From: the human T2T-CHM13v2.0 reference genome, Homo sapiens
Strand: one strand, 5' to 3'
DNA: 64,000 nucleotides
NCBI RefSeq assembly: GCF_009914755.1
Contig: NC_060936.1
The notes below the pieces were generated by a model that saw nothing but the letters and a program-made list of their open reading frames with translations, was not told the DNA's origin and did no database searches. Both the position numbers and the translations under genes were made by a program. Positions 29,556-52,550 of the stretch are shown here, one piece after another; position 1 is the stretch's first letter; each line of letters starts with the position of its first letter.

Positions 29556-32294
29556 GATCAGATACAAAATCGTCTCTAAACAATATTCAATAACCAAGTT
29601 TGTTTCAGTGACCCAATTGCTATCTAATCATTTATTTCTACACATGCATGGCTAAATAGCTAAAGATTTATGGATTATTCCTATCTACCTTGCATAGTGA
29701 TGTTTCAGATGCCTTAGCTCTTCTTGTACTTACAATAGCACTTTGAGGATTTTTTGCATTCATGTTCACTTTTCAAAGGTAGAAATAAAATCTGAATGTG
29801 ATTGAGTGACTTCCCTAAGACATACACTTCATAGGTAACAGCATAAAACAATGCAAGGACAGAGAGAGAGAGAGAAATTAGAGAATGACCTCATTCATGA
29901 GAACAATATAAAATACCTAGGAACAAATAGCAAGAAATGCACAGGATTCAGTTGAAGAGGATTGATCAAACTTTGATGCAGAATATGCACTAAAATGTAT
30001 GTACATGTAAATTTCAGCACAGTGAAATGCAATATTCAAATAGGACTAGTTTTCCAGGTGTTCTGGTGAAAATTGCACCACGGTCCCCTCTTCATGTCTG
30101 ATTTCAGCTTTGCTGATTTACAAACTCTGTTATTTTTCTATTTGTCATTCCAATTCCACAGTTTTGTTTAAATTTATTGTTTATTGTCATCTCTTCTTTC
30201 ATTCTCTTCATCCTTGGGTATTAATTTCCTCTGTGCTTCTTTATTTTAATTTTATTAGGACATTGGGAAAGAGCAGAAATCAGTCCATGTGTTCAATGCA
30301 CTGTGCATTCCAGTACCCTGAGTCTAGAGACAAATTCCTTATCACAGTTTATAGCAGGTTCTACAGATGACCTTTTTGTTTATGTCTCTTTCTATTTAAG
30401 TGTATTCAAGTGAATCTACAAGGCAGATTGCTATTACCTGTGTTCCTCATTTTATCAGAAGAATCTGCTGCTGTCTTTTCTTCCCTGGCTGCATTAAATG
30501 TAACAGGACCATGACTTGATAATCACATGTTTATTTTTTACAACGTTATTGAGTAAACATCTAGCAACAATTTTAAATGATGAATACATTTTTACACTCT
30601 AATAGTCTAACAAATGTAATTTTTTAATAACAAATGTATGTTGTTTCAAGTCTATTACTTATCCATCTTTAGAACTGCCAAAGCAAATCTCTCCATATTA
30701 TAAAAAAAACCTTTTGTGCCTTTTCATAAACAGACATAGTCAGAAACAGAAGTTTATGACATGATACATGAAGAGTTCGAATTTATCTTACATTTTTACT
30801 AACCTTATTTTTTAGCTAAACTTTGGTCTATATTCACATTTTCTTGATTGAAACATGCCCATGTGCATTTTTGTTCAGCAATTAAAGGCTTATTTAAGTA
30901 GTCATCCCAACAAGATTGACATATGGCTTTTGTCAGATTGGGATGATTTACAAAGCTTCTGAAGCTTGAACTTTGGGGTCCTTCATGTGCACAGACCCTT
31001 TACACGACCCTGTTTAGAGTGAACAGAATAAAAAGAGATGTAAACTAGCAGTGGTCTTCTTTGTACCAACTCCTTTACTCAAGCTTTTATGTATTTTTAT
31101 GTCTTGCACTTACCCATGGGGATTATAAGATTTCAAGACCACCTCCTCCCTAAAACAAACTCCAATTGTTTGAGGGATATCTGAATTTTTTTCTGAAAAG
31201 AAGACTTGGGAAATGCTATAGAAGCAAATTTCTAAATAATCTGATTCTTATGTCTACAAATAATGGCTATCTTCCAGCACTGCTATAAATGTACTGTGGA
31301 ATTGCAGATTGTACATGGTGGAATCTAAAGAATGTACTTTAGTGGTGACTGAGGGACCAATTGAAATGAGGTATGCCTTTAGATTCTTGCTCTTCCACTA
31401 GTTTTTCCTTTGAAGAACACACTCCCTGCAGAATGGTGCCTTCACTTAGTATTTGTAGTGTTTCTACATCTAAGCATGGAAGGAATGGTCAATGTTAGCA
31501 ATGTGATCTTTCCTTTACAACTTACAGTGGGGTAAGGACAATTCGCATGTTTGACTATAAAAGCAAGGGCAGTTTCATGACCCTAATCCATTTGGGCATT
31601 TCTGCTAGTGTCCTGGGCCCATCTGTCTCCACACCTGTGTATCCAGAGATGGTGCTGACTGTGGCAATTACCAACACATGGAGGTTCTTTGATTTTTAAT
31701 AGGAAGAGTCATTTATTTCCCCAGAGGTTTTCTCTTTAAATGAAAACACTCCTTCCCTGATTTATAGGACATACCACTGTTGTTTATTCTGAAGAGTCCA
31801 TGACTGGAACACCAGGGAAGGCCACAGATTTTTGTATTCTTTCTTTATACCTGCTCTTTGGTTTTCCTTGGGAGGGATTCTACAACAGACTTACTAAGCA
31901 AGACTCTGGAACTCTGCTCCCATTTTGTACCCTTCTCACCCAGGCATCATGTTTGCTTAGCCGCGTCCACTCTTGGGGACAAGAGAGAATATGGTGGTAG
32001 CTCATGAGGAAAGGTCCAGTTTGCAGCCACAGCCTAAGACTCAACTGAATAAACACCTGAATTTTAAGACTCCCCAAATGTGTGCAACAGCTTTGGGGGA
32101 TCTTTAACGCTTTACCTCCTGTTATCTTTGGAATGGAGGAAAAACTAAAAGTGTTACATGGAAAGTTTGTTTCAATTCTACCACCTGGTACTCAGTTTAC
32201 AACCATTTCCCAACCCTACTTGTTAATGAGTTATATAAAATTAGAAGATTTATTGACCACTTGTTATACATTTTGGTCAACATTCCAGCTATTG

Positions 32295-33739
32295 ATATGT
32301 ATTTTTTACATGATTAACTGAAGAAAAATGGATGCCTTTTACAAACGTTATAAGATTACAAAACAAAAAGAAATCCAAAAGAATCAAATTAGGGTTGTAA
32401 TGTGCAAGCCTAATGACTTTCCATCAGAACACTCATATAATTTCCCTGTTTGATAAGAGAAACCAGCAGGAGCAAGGTCATGCTGAAGGTCTCTGCTGAC
32501 GCTTTCCCTGGGATTCATCTACTAAAGCTTTGGCTTTCTCAAAATATTCTCAGAATAAGCAGATACTGTCATTCTCCAGAAAGTGAACCAGCAAAATGAC
32601 TTGAGGTTTCCAATAAACTCTTGCCATGACCTTTGTGCTCTCCTCATCCACTGTTGCTTTGACTGGACTTTTCCACCTCCTGGTAGCCATTGCTTTGATT
32701 GTATTTGTTTTCTGGGTTTTACTGGTAAAGTCACGTGTTGTCTCCTGTTATAACTCATCGAAGATGTGCTTACAGTCTTCATTGCTCATATTTAGATTTT
32801 TAGGGAAAGTTCTGCTCTTCTCTGTACTTGATCTTGGTGAGACAGGTTGGGTATCCATTAAGTGAAAAGTTTACTAAAATTTAATCATTCAGTTAGAATG
32901 ATGTAAACTGAACCAACTGAGAAGTCTGCAATGTTAGCTATTGTGTGTGCTGCTAATCATCGGACGTCTTCTCTTAGGGTATAAAGAAGATGAATGTATA
33001 CCTTGCAGCATGACATGGGACATCTGTCACTGTAGGTTTTAGGTTCAACATTGCCTCATTCCTTCTTGAAATGAGGAACTCCTCATTGAATTTGTGAACT
33101 GCTGACTTCTTCAACCAATGTCAACTTACCATGTGCCAAGTAGGACAACTTTTTGGACACCATCAATGATTTCATCTTCTTCCACCCAAGCTTCACCATA
33201 AATTTGATGTTTGAACTCTAATTTTAGAAGAATTCATGTTGCTTTTCTAGGGACTCTTTTGAAACTGCTACCTTATTTTTCTTGATGCCTCAAACTAGCT
33301 CCTGTTCAGACATGTTATAGCGAAACATTCTGATTTCATTTCGGGCCAAAAAAACTTGGAATCCATTCATGGTATTTCTTTTTCTTTTTTTTTTTTTTTT
33401 TATTTTGAGATGGAGTCTCACTCTGTCGCCCAGACTGGAGTGCAGTGGCAAGGTCTCTCTGCTCACTGCAAGCTCCACCTCCTGGGTTCACACCATTCTC
33501 CTGCCTCTGCTTCCTGAGTAGCTGGGACTACAGGTGCCGGCAACCAGGCCTGGCTAATTTTTTGTATTTTTAGTAGAGACAGGATTTCAAGGATGATCTC
33601 GTTCTCCTGACCTCATGTTCCACCAACCTCCGCCTCCCAAAGTGCTAGGATTACAGGCTTGAGCCACTGCGCCTGGCCCATTCAAGGTATTTCTTAATAG
33701 GACATACATTTTTCATCAACATTTTAACAACCCACTGCA
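32295..33739 (-). mobile_element. Hsmar2 mariner DNA transposon copy a (3'-truncated, interrupted by an Alu)
   Basis: Translated fragments such as QSKQWLPGGG and FMVKLGWKK; degenerate TIR at ~33707-33739. Confidence 0.82.
33381..33678 (-). mobile_element. AluY-like element inserted into Hsmar2 copy a
   Basis: CTGCAAGCTCC...GTTCACACCATTCTCC AluY diagnostics; 17-bp TSD CATTCA(T/A)GGTATTTCTT at 33364-33380 and 33679-33695. Confidence 0.9.
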
Positions 33740-34544
33740 TATAGGAAGGCATCCTAACACAAGAAGGTCTACTAGTGGTAACTTAGACTTTTCCAGCTGA
33801 CTAGGCAAATTGGTTTCTTGTTTTTCTATTAGAATAACTAAGAATGTTTTCTGAAGACAGAATATAATACCAGTGACCAAATATTCTCCAGCTACATGGA
33901 AAGTGTAACATTTGTAACTGAGATTTACATGCTTCAAGAGAGACACAGAGTGCTTGGGCCTAGCGGGTGTTCTGATGTTATTGAGTGATTTTCTCTGGTT
34001 TCACCAAACATTATTTGGAAAGAGAAGCTGGCGTTGTGCAGTCTGTCCTAGCTAGCTTATGGTGGCCTGTCAGGTAGGGAACAAATGCAAGAGAGAAGCA
34101 GAGGGGAGTGCCAGGCAAATGTGCCTACTTGTGGGAGTCACTGGGGAAGCTGCAGTCCTGGTTAGAGGCAGGCTACTCCTCATCTGCAGAGTATAGGAAG
34201 ACAAGACATGATGCTTCCAAATATCACTCAGCTCATGCTTTATTCCTGGCCTTCTCCTATGTCAGAAATGCGTGAAAGAGATTAGCATATCAGGAAGGAG
34301 TATATATCAGGTATCAAGCTACCAGAGACAACCAAAACAGAGGTTACCAAAGAACTGAAGGAGACAGTGTCACTTAGGATGAGGTCAAAGCAAGGAGAAG
34401 GACTGCCAACAAGAACTTAGGCACTTGTCCATGAGTCAAGGACTTCAGCAGCCCACTTGCCATTTAAAATAAATGTAAACTTACTATGTGCCAAGAAAGA
34501 CTCTTGATTTCTACCTCCTAAAACCTGCTCTCCCCTGCCTTTCT

Positions 34545-34915
34545 TCATTATGGCTGTCAAAACAAAATATCACAGACTAAGTATTCTTCAACAACAGAAA
34601 TTCCTTTTCAGCACTTCTGGATGCTCAAGTTCCACGATGAAGGTGTCAGCAGGTTCAGTTCTTCTGGGCCCTGCCTTCTTGCCATCTACATATCTGCCTT
34701 CTTGCTGTGTTTCCCATGGGGCTGCTTCTATACATACATAATTCTTGTGTCTCTCCTTGTGCAAGTTTCCAGCTCTTATAAGGAAATTCCACTTCTTATA
34801 AGGGCAGCAATCTTATTAGATTTAGTTCCACTGAAACTCCCTCATTTTAGCTTGATCACCTCTTCTTAGGGCTGTTTTTTAAACACAATGATATTCTAAG
34901 GAACAAGAGGTTGGC
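34545..34915 (-). mobile_element. MLT1-type MaLR LTR (paralogue at ~40100-40460)
   Basis: AACAAAATATCACAGACT...AAGGTGTCAGCAGG...AAACACAATGATATTCTAAGG. Confidence 0.7.
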
Positions 34916-35340
34916 TATGGATTTTTGTATACCCATGCCTATCATATTTCGCTAAATGTTTGATTATATAGAGACATTTCTTTGGAACTTTGAGCTGTGT
35001 GAAGACAACACAAACCTGGCCATTCATGGCTGACAGAAGGTTGGCCCTAACCCTGCTCAGGCCCACACAGATTGTGTAATATTCTTTGGATCTGGCTCTA
35101 GTCAGCAAAGTCTTGGTGTTGTAGGATACAGGTGTCTTCATGCATTCCATTATTAATACTCATGGGGAGGTTAAAACAAAGTTGGCCACAAAATCTACCA
35201 AGGGGTTCTAAAAATGAACAGAATGAATACACAGTTCTTTAATGAGACATCCTATTTCATGTCTTTAAAATTTTTTCCTTGCTCTACCCCTTTGTTAGAA
35301 TGTTAGATCAGATTTAGTTTGGGCTTTACATCTTTTAGGA

Positions 35341-35720
<380 letters not shown>

Positions 35721-36407
35721 TAGTCTGGGGGTACCCACATAAAAGCCTCAAGAGTATTGCATTGATCTATTTCTTAGTACCTGTGCTATCTGTCTCCCAG
35801 ATTGTTCTTCCACAAAGAAATTTTTTTCATTTTTGCAATATTCTGAAACGAATTTCTCCAGACTCTCTTTCTAAAATGTATTTGTTGACATTTTGTGTTC
35901 TAAATCAAATTTCCCTGTGTTTATTTTTCATCTTACATCTGGCTTCTTTTTAAATAAAATTTGGGAAAATTTTTTAAATCTAATCTTCTAAGTGAGCATC
36001 TACAATTCTTCTTACTCCTTTCTTTTCATTTTTTTTTTAAATTTGGATCAACATACTGTGTTTCCAAGGTCTTCTTACTGAGTTTGTTTTAGTAGCTCTC
36101 TTTTCATCTGCTGACTTTTCTGTTATATCAAGTAGTTCCTGCCCATTCTTTCACCCTTTTCATGGAAGGTATAGGTGAGTCAGTATCAACAGCTGCCACT
36201 TATCATTTCAGGCCTTGAATAAGTCTCATACTGTCATTCAGTTTTTGTTCAAGGATAGTGATAATTTCAGATGACCTTGTTAGAGGTATTGTGTGTGGGG
36301 ATGTGACTGGACATCCTAAAGACAGGCCACTTGATCAGTTGGATGAGAGGATCCTGTGTTGTACACATAAGAATCTGTTCCTGCTCTTCCAGAAGGGTTT
36401 GAGAATA

Positions 36408-38073
36408 CAAGGGGATTTCAAAAAATTTGTGGAAGAATGTAATTACAATATGAAAGTAGACAATATAAACTTTATTTCTTAACATAAGCTCCATCACATT
36501 CAAGAAGTGTTGCAAGTAATGACACAAGAAATTTAGCCTATCTACAAAGAATAGAGGGACCTGGGAATTTCACCATATTAATGCAGTCTTTTCACATTAT
36601 TAACTGAAGAAAACAGAGTACACTTTAAAGATATTTTAATATTAGAAAAAAAGAAGTTCAAAGGTACTGCATCAGTACTGTAAGTTGGATGCCTAGTGAT
36701 TTTCTTTTTTTTCTTTTCTGTTTTATTTACATAGGTTGGGGAACAGGTGGTGTTTGGTTATGTATATAAGTTCTTGAGTGGTGATTTGTGAGATTTTGTT
36801 GCACCCATCATCTGGGCAGTATACACCGCACCCAATTTATAGTCTTTTATCCCTCACCTCTTTCCGACTCTTTCCCCCTGAGTTCCCAAAGTCTATTATG
36901 TCATTCTTATGACTTTGCATCCTCATAGTTCAGCTCCCATTTATGAGTGAGAACATATGATGTTTGGTTTTCCAGTCCTAAGTTTCTTCACTTAGAATGA
37001 TAACATCAAAAGATTGGAGAAAGTTAGGCAAAACTTTAGCAGATAAATGCCCAGAAAGGCCTTAGCAGACTCCTTGTCCATCACAATAATGCTTCTGCTC
37101 ATTCCTTTCATGAAACAGGGGCAATTTGCCAGATTTTTGATGGAAATCACTAGGCATTCAATTTCATCCATATATCTGCTAAAGTTTTGGCTAACTTTCT
37201 CCAAATACCAAACTCTTTCATAAGTCGGTGTTATCATTCTTGGTCCCTCCCGAAAGTTAACAACCAAAATACCTTGAGCATCCAAGAACACTGTGGCATG
37301 ATATTTGCTTTTGTCACATTTACTTAGACTAGATCACTTCCACCTCTTCGTAGCCATTGCTTTGACTGTGTTTTTCCCTTCGAGTGGCACTGGTAAAGCC
37401 ACTTTTGATTTCCTGTTAGAACTCCTCAAAGACATGCTTAGGATCTTTTCTTTTCTTTTCTTCTCCTTCCTACTTGCTTAATTTTTCATTGAACGTTCTG
37501 TTCTTGTCTGTAGCTGCCTTAGGTACAGTAGTTTTGGCCCTCACCAAGTGGATAGTTTGCTCAAGTTTAATTTTTCAATCAGAAAAAGTTATGTAACCTG
37601 AACCAATTGATCTTCTTGTGCTAGCTCTTGTTCCTGTTTTTAATTGTCAGGCCTCTTCAATTAGGCCAAAAGAAGAAAAAAGTTTTGCCCATAAGTTGGT
37701 GTGTATGGTCTGATGCTGCAAGGTTTAACTTGACCATTATCTCATCAGTTCTTAAAGTGAGTTATCCATTTGTGAAGGGCTGATTTACTTGTGCACACAT
37801 ATGTCCTAATGCATTAGTGATGTCACCATTTCTCCACCCAAGCTTCACCATAAACTTGATATTTGTTCTTCCTAAAATTTTAGTAGAATATTTACTGCTC
37901 TGATAGAGGCTGTTTTCAAACTACTTTCTCAACCATATTAGTGACTGAACAAGATCCTGTTCAGACATGTTGTAACAAGTTAGTACAAATGTGTTTTGGT
38001 ACAAAAAATATTTATATCCATGCATAATTTTTAAAAAATATGTTTTTTCCACTAACATTTTGAAGATGCCTTA
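36408..38073 (-). mobile_element. Hsmar2 copy b, both TIRs present, interrupted by an L1PB fragment
   Basis: TA|CAAGGGGATTTCAAAAAATTTGTGGAA ... TTTTCCACTAACATTTTGAAGATGCCTTA|TA; peptide FLDAQGILVVNFREG resembles Hsmar2 transposase. Confidence 0.85.
36704..37003 (-). mobile_element. 5'-truncated L1PB-like 3' end (paralogue at ~42503-42810)
   Basis: T-tail followed by GGGGAACAGGTGGTGTTTGGTT...AGCTCCCATTTATGAGTGAGAACAT. Confidence 0.75.
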
Positions 38074-40903
38074 TATTATTAGAAGCCTCCCTCATACAAC
38101 GAGGTTTGTTACAGATTACTCTGCCATTGGCTGGTGATCAGGCAGATTGCTGTTTTCCTCCCCTACCCCTTCTGGAATATTAGGGATGTTTGCTAAAGAG
38201 GAAATATATTACCAGTTAGTAATTCTGCTTTGGCTATGCAATAATAAAACAGTTGTAGTTTGGGTTTATGTGCTTTGGGTGGGCATAAAGTAGTTGCTTG
38301 GCCTAGCAGGTGCCCTAATGATATTGGGATGACTGTCATTGCTTTCTACACACACTACACACACTAATTGCACAGGGAAACTGGAGATGAATGGTACTGC
38401 TTAGTGACTTATGGTAGACCTTCAAGTAGGAAAGGAAGATCAGAGGGAAGGCACCGAGGGGAGTGCCTCACAGACTTGCCTCATTGCATAGTTTGCTGTA
38501 GAAGTGGTAGTCCTGGTGAAAAAAAGACTCCCCCTTGGCTTGGTGAGTACAGGAAGACAGCAGGCATTGCCTTCAAATATCACTCAGCTCAGGCCCTTTC
38601 TCTGACATTGTCCAATGTCAGCAATGAGTGAAAGAGATTCGTGTATTAGGGAAGAATAAATATTAGCTATGAACTCTCCACACACAAATAAAACAGAGAT
38701 GACAGAAGAGCTGAAAGAGGCCCTGTCAGTCAGTGAGGATGGGGTTAAAGCAGGGAGCAGGTCTGCAGCAGGAGCTCTGGCACCTTTTGGTCAGTTGAAG
38801 CTCTCAGCAATCCACTTGCCTTCTAATATGGATGCAAACATAACATGTCCCAAAACAGAGTCTTGATTTCTGCATCCAAAACTCCTCTCCCCTGATGTAG
38901 TTTGTTATGTCTGCCCTAAAAAAAATACCACACACTGTGTAATTTGAACAACAGAAATTGATTTTCTCACAGTTCTGGAGGTTCACAGTCCATGAGGAAG
39001 TTGTTAACAGGTTGAGTTCTAAGATGTCTCTTCTTGGATTTGACTTGGCTAATTTAGTTTTTCTGTCTTCACACACCTCAATCATTTACTTTCTGAAAAA
39101 TTTTCACAGTCTATACGGTCTTTTTTCAAATTTTAGTCATTATATATGTCAGTTCTGAAATTTCTATTTTATTATTTTTTATAGTTCCTTCTTCTGCTGA
39201 GAAGTTCTTTCCCATTTATTTTGAGCATGCTCACATTTACCTCAAAAAAGATGGCTATAAGAGCTGCTTTAAAGTCTGATCATTTCCATATCCAAGTTGT
39301 TTCAAGGTTGTCATATTTTGATTATACCCTTCATTAAGAATTAGTCAATTGTTTATGGTTTGTAAAAGTATATTGAGTAATTTTCTATTTTATGCCTCAA
39401 TAGGCATTTTTCTCTGTTTACAATACACATAAAGTTCAACAAGGTGAGCTTTGGACATTGAAGGGTGGAGGCACTCAGGCTACATCATGATCCACCCCTG
39501 GCTCCACTGGCAGATGGGTTTGTCCCGTTGACATTATTCTACTTGGAGCTTCTACGTGGATGATTCTCCTTGGCTCTTATAAGAGTATAAGTATTTCACA
39601 TAATACACACTTACAAAATTAAAAAACAACAGAAAAGTTCACTGAGTGGGTCCCAAGGGACTTATCCACAACGTCTTCCTAACTTTTCATCTTTTGCTCC
39701 CCATTTGCTCAAAGTTCAATTGAACTCAAGCACTTCTTTTTGCTGAGTACAGCAAGGGAAGAGGTGATGCTTCCAAATGTCACTCAGCTCACACCCTGAC
39801 CTTCTCCTATGTCAGAAATGAGTGAAAGAGATTAGCGTATCAGGAAGGAGTAAATTTCAGATATCAAGCTACCAGAGACAACCAAAACAGAGGTTACCAA
39901 AGAACTGAAGGAGACAGTGTCACTGATTTAGGATGGGGTCAAAGCAAGGAGCAAGACTGCAACAAAAGCTTAGGCACTTGTCCATGAGTCAAGGACCTCA
40001 GCAATCCACTTGCCATTTAAAATAATGTAAACTTACCATGTGCCAAGCAGGACTCTTGATTTCTACCTCCTAAAACCTGCTCTCCCCTGAATTTCTTTAT
40101 AATAGCTGTCCAAACAAAATATCACAGACTAATATTCTTAAGCAACAGAAATTACTTTTCAACACTTCTGGATTCTCAAGTTCCATGATGAAGGTGTCAG
40201 CAGGTTCAGTTCTTCTGGGCCCTGTTTGCTTGGCATCTAGATATCTGCCTTCTTGCTGGGTTCTCCCATGGGGCTGCGTCTGTGCCTACATACTTCTTGT
40301 GTCTCTCTGTGTGCACATTTCCAGTTCTCAGAAGGAATTTCCACTCCTTCTAAGGACACTCATCTTACTGGATTTAGTTCCACTGAAACTCCCTCATTTT
40401 AGCTTGATCACCTCTTCTTAGGGCTGTTTTCTAAACACAATCATATTCTAAGGAACAAGATGTTGGCTGTGGAGTTTTGTATACCTATGCCTATCATATT
40501 TCACTAAATATTTGATTACATAGAGATTATTTCTTTGGAACTTTGAGCTGTGTGCAGACAACACAAACCTAGCCATTCATGGCTGACAGAAGGTTGCCCT
40601 CAGCCTGGTCAGACCCACACAGATTGTCCAATATTCTTTGGATCTGGCTCTAGTCAGAAAAGTCTTGGTGTTGTAGAATACAGGTGTCTTAACGTATTCT
40701 ATTATTAAAATTCATGGAGAGGTTAAAACAAAGTTGGACACAAAAACTACCAGAGGTTTCTAGAAATGAACAGAATGAATACAAGCTCTTGAATGAGCCA
40801 TCCTATTACATGTCTTTAAGAATTTTTCCTTGCTCTACCTCTTTATCCCTTTATTAGAATGTTTGATCAGATTCAGTTTGGGCTTTACGTCTTACAGGAT
40901 TTT

Positions 40904-41114
40904 ATATATATACACACATATATATGCGAGCATATATATATATATATATACACACACATATATATGCGAGCATATATATATGCTCACATATATATGTGAG
41001 CATATATATATACACACATATATATGTGAGCATATATATATACACATATATGTGAGCATATATATATACACATATATATGTGAGCATATATATATATACA
41101 CCTATATATGTGAG

Positions 41115-41169
<55 letters not shown>
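40904..41169. repeat. Compound (TA)n/(CA)n micro/minisatellite with 7 GAGCATA cores
   Basis: Directly visible; grown from the tail of the antisense Alu at 41165-41460. Confidence 0.95.
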
Positions 41170-41465
<296 letters not shown>

Positions 41466-42204
41466 TAGGAAAAATTTTTCATCACTCCCACTTATAATGA
41501 GTGGCCACAATTATATATTCCAGTAAGACAGCCTGGAACCCACATAAAAGCCTCAAGGGTATTGCATTGATCTATTTCTTAGTACCTGTGCTATGTGTCT
41601 CCCAGATTGTTCTTCCACACAGAAATTTTTTTCATTTTTGCAATATTCTGAAACTAATTTCTCACCACTCTCTTTCTAAAACGTATTTGCTCACATTTTG
41701 TGTTCTAAATAATCTTCCCTGTGTTTATTTTTCATCTTATATCTGGCTTCTTTTTAAATAAATTTGGGAAATTTTTGAAATCTAATCTTCTAAGTAAGCA
41801 TCTATAATTCTGTTTACTCCTTTCATTTTTTTTTTTTAATTTGGATCAATATACTGTCTTTCCAAAGTCTTTTAACTGAGTTTGTGTTGGTCGCTCTCTT
41901 TTAATCTGCTGACTTTTCTGTTATATCAAGTAGTTCCTGCCCATCATTTCATCTTTTTCATGGAAAGTATAGGTTAGTCAGTATTAACAGCTGCCACTTA
42001 CCATTTCAGGCCTTGAATAAGTCTTGTGCCATCATTCAGTTTTTGGTCAGGGATAGTGATAACTTCAGGATACCTTCTTAGAGGTATTGTGTGTGGGGAT
42101 GTGACTGGACATCCTAAAGACAGGCCACTTGATCAGTTGGATGAGAGGATCCTGTGTTGTACACATTAGAATCTGATCCTGCTCTTCCAGATGGGTTTGA
42201 AATA

Positions 42205-50074
<7,870 letters not shown>

Positions 50075-50889
50075 TATTATTGGAAGGCCTCCTCATACAA
50101 TGAAGTTTGTTGCAGATTTCTCTGCCATCGGCTGGTGATCAGGCAGATTGTTGTTTTCCTCCCCCACTCCTCTAGAATATTAGGGATGTTTGCTAAAGAG
50201 GAAATATATTACCAGTTAGAAATTCTTCTTTGGCTATCCAATAATAAAACAGTTGCAGTTTGACTTTATGTGCTTTATGGGGGACATAGAGTATTTGCTT
50301 GGCCTAGCAGGCATGCTAATGTTATTGGAATGATGGTCATTGGTTTCTACACACTCCATTTGGACAGAGAAACTGGAGATAAATGGTCCTGCCTAGTGAC
50401 TTACAGTAGACCTTCAAGTAGGAAAGGATGATCAGAGGGAAGGAGCAGACGGGAGTGCTTTGCAGCCTTCCCTCATTGCATAGGTTGCTGTAGAAGTGGT
50501 AGTCCTGGTGAAAGAAAGAGACTCTGCCTTGGCTTGGTGAGTACAGGAAGACAGGAGGCATTGCCTTCAAATATCACTCAGCTCAGGCCCTTTCTCTGAC
50601 ATTTTCCTAGGTCAGCAATGAGTGAAAGAGATTAGTGTATTAGGGAAGAATAAATATCAGCTATGAACTCTTCACATACAAATAAACGGAGGTGACAGAA
50701 GAGCCGAAAGAGACTCTATCAGTGAGTGAGGGTGGGTCAAAGAAAGGAGCAGGTCTGCAGCAAGAGCTCAGGCATGTTTCAGTCAGCTGAAGCTCTCAAC
50801 AATCCACTTGCCTTCTAGTATGGATGCAAACATATATTGTCTCAAACAAGAGTCTTGATTTCTGCGTCTTAAAACTGCTCTCCCCTGAC

Positions 50890-51290
50890 ATAATTTGTTA
50901 TGTCTCTCCTGAAAAAATACCACACATTGTGTAATTTAACAACAGAAATTGATTTTCTCACAGTTCTGGGGACTCACAGCCCATGATCAAGGTGTTAACA
51001 GGTTCAGTTCTTCTAAGATGTCTCTTCTTCCCTTTGACTTGGCTATTTTTTTGTTTTGTCTTCACACATGGGTTTCTCTGTACACATGCACCCCTGGTGT
51101 CCCTCCATGTGACCAAAAGTTCCTTTCTTATAACAACAGGAGTCTGATTAGATTGGGACCATCTTAATAGCCTAATTTTCATTTAGGTACCTCTATAAAA
51201 AGAAATTCTTTCCAAACACAATCATATTCTGAGGTACAGGGATAGGATTTCAACATACAAATTTGGGTAAAAACAATGCAGCCCATGATA
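50890..51290 (-). mobile_element. MLT1-type MaLR LTR (truncated paralogue at 38895-39075)
   Basis: AAAATACCACAC...TTCTCACAGTTCTGG...CATATTCTGAGGTAC...TTCAACATACAAATTTGGG. Confidence 0.7.
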
Positions 51291-52550
51291 CCTCCTAATC
51301 TTTACTAAAACAATGACATTTTTTACAGAGTTCTCAAGAACACAGGAGTCACTTTTTACTTTTCACTCCACACCAAGCACTGCATATAAGCAAATACAGT
51401 GGGCTCCACTATAAAACACATCCCAAGATGACCCTTTCCATAATCTCTAATATAAGGCTCTAGTGGGGGCATGACCCTCTCTCCTGGAGGACTAGAACAG
51501 CCCCTAGCTGCCCTTGTAACCTTCCTGCTCCCACCACATTCCATATCACTTCTCCTCACAATAGCCAGTGTGATCTTTTAATAATAAATATTAAATATTA
51601 CCTTCTTCCTTCATATCCTCTAAGTTTTCCTGATTTTCCTTTTAGTAAGATCTTGTAAAGTTCACACCTAAGTTTCTTCGTACTCACGTGTCATTCTCAA
51701 AGACTGGGAAGCTCTATGCATGGAACTGAAAGAAGAATTTTCTTCAACTTTACAATGCGCTGGTTTGTCTAGAACAACTAAAGAGTGGTTTGCCCAGAAG
51801 TTGAACATGGACAGAGTTGTGCTGATAGTGAGTGAATTGCATTTAGTCCCTGTGGTCTGAGGGGAGTTCCTCTGTGTGCCCATTTAATCAACTAAGCATT
51901 ATGATGATACAGTTAACAATTCAACACAATTGTCTCTGAGAAGTGTACTTTGCTTAGGTTTTTCTAAAAATTCTGGCTACCCTATTATGATAGTGGTTCT
52001 CATATGCTGACTTACAGTAGAGTCTTCATAAACATAACTTTCACAATTATATTAGCACATTCATATTCTACAAGCCTATTGTAACATGATAGACTATAAT
52101 AGGAAATATTTACCAAGCATTGACTATGTGCCATATAATCTTCAGAACCATCTTTTCAGGTAGTAATAATTTTTATTACAAGCTTCATTTTATAGATGAG
52201 ATGATGGAAGCACATGCCAAGATAGTTATAAAGTTAGTAAGTGGTGTAGATGGCGGTAGTCTCCAGAGCCTCAGTTCTTGCCTCCTTTGCTCCACTGCTC
52301 TTTGCATTTATGAACATATTTGTTTATTTTCAAGAAAGTGAGAAGAAATTAGATCCAGACAAGAAACTCAGGTACTGGTTTTAGGACCTGCTTGAAGTAA
52401 AGCTTTTCTTAAGACATGACCAGGTGAAGTGAAAAAAAAAACAAACAAAACTATTTTCTTAAAGTTGTTTCTAAATCATAAGCACATTACACAGGCTTCT
52501 ACATTCCCCTTTTCTTCATCTTTGTGTATTTAGTCATGCACATGATTAAT

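Noticed and set aside
29560-31600. Possible hidden gene or PRB pseudo-exons in apparently unique DNA
   Set aside because: No signal-peptide exon, Pro-rich repeat, credible ORF or splice pattern seen; only faint old-repeat traces.
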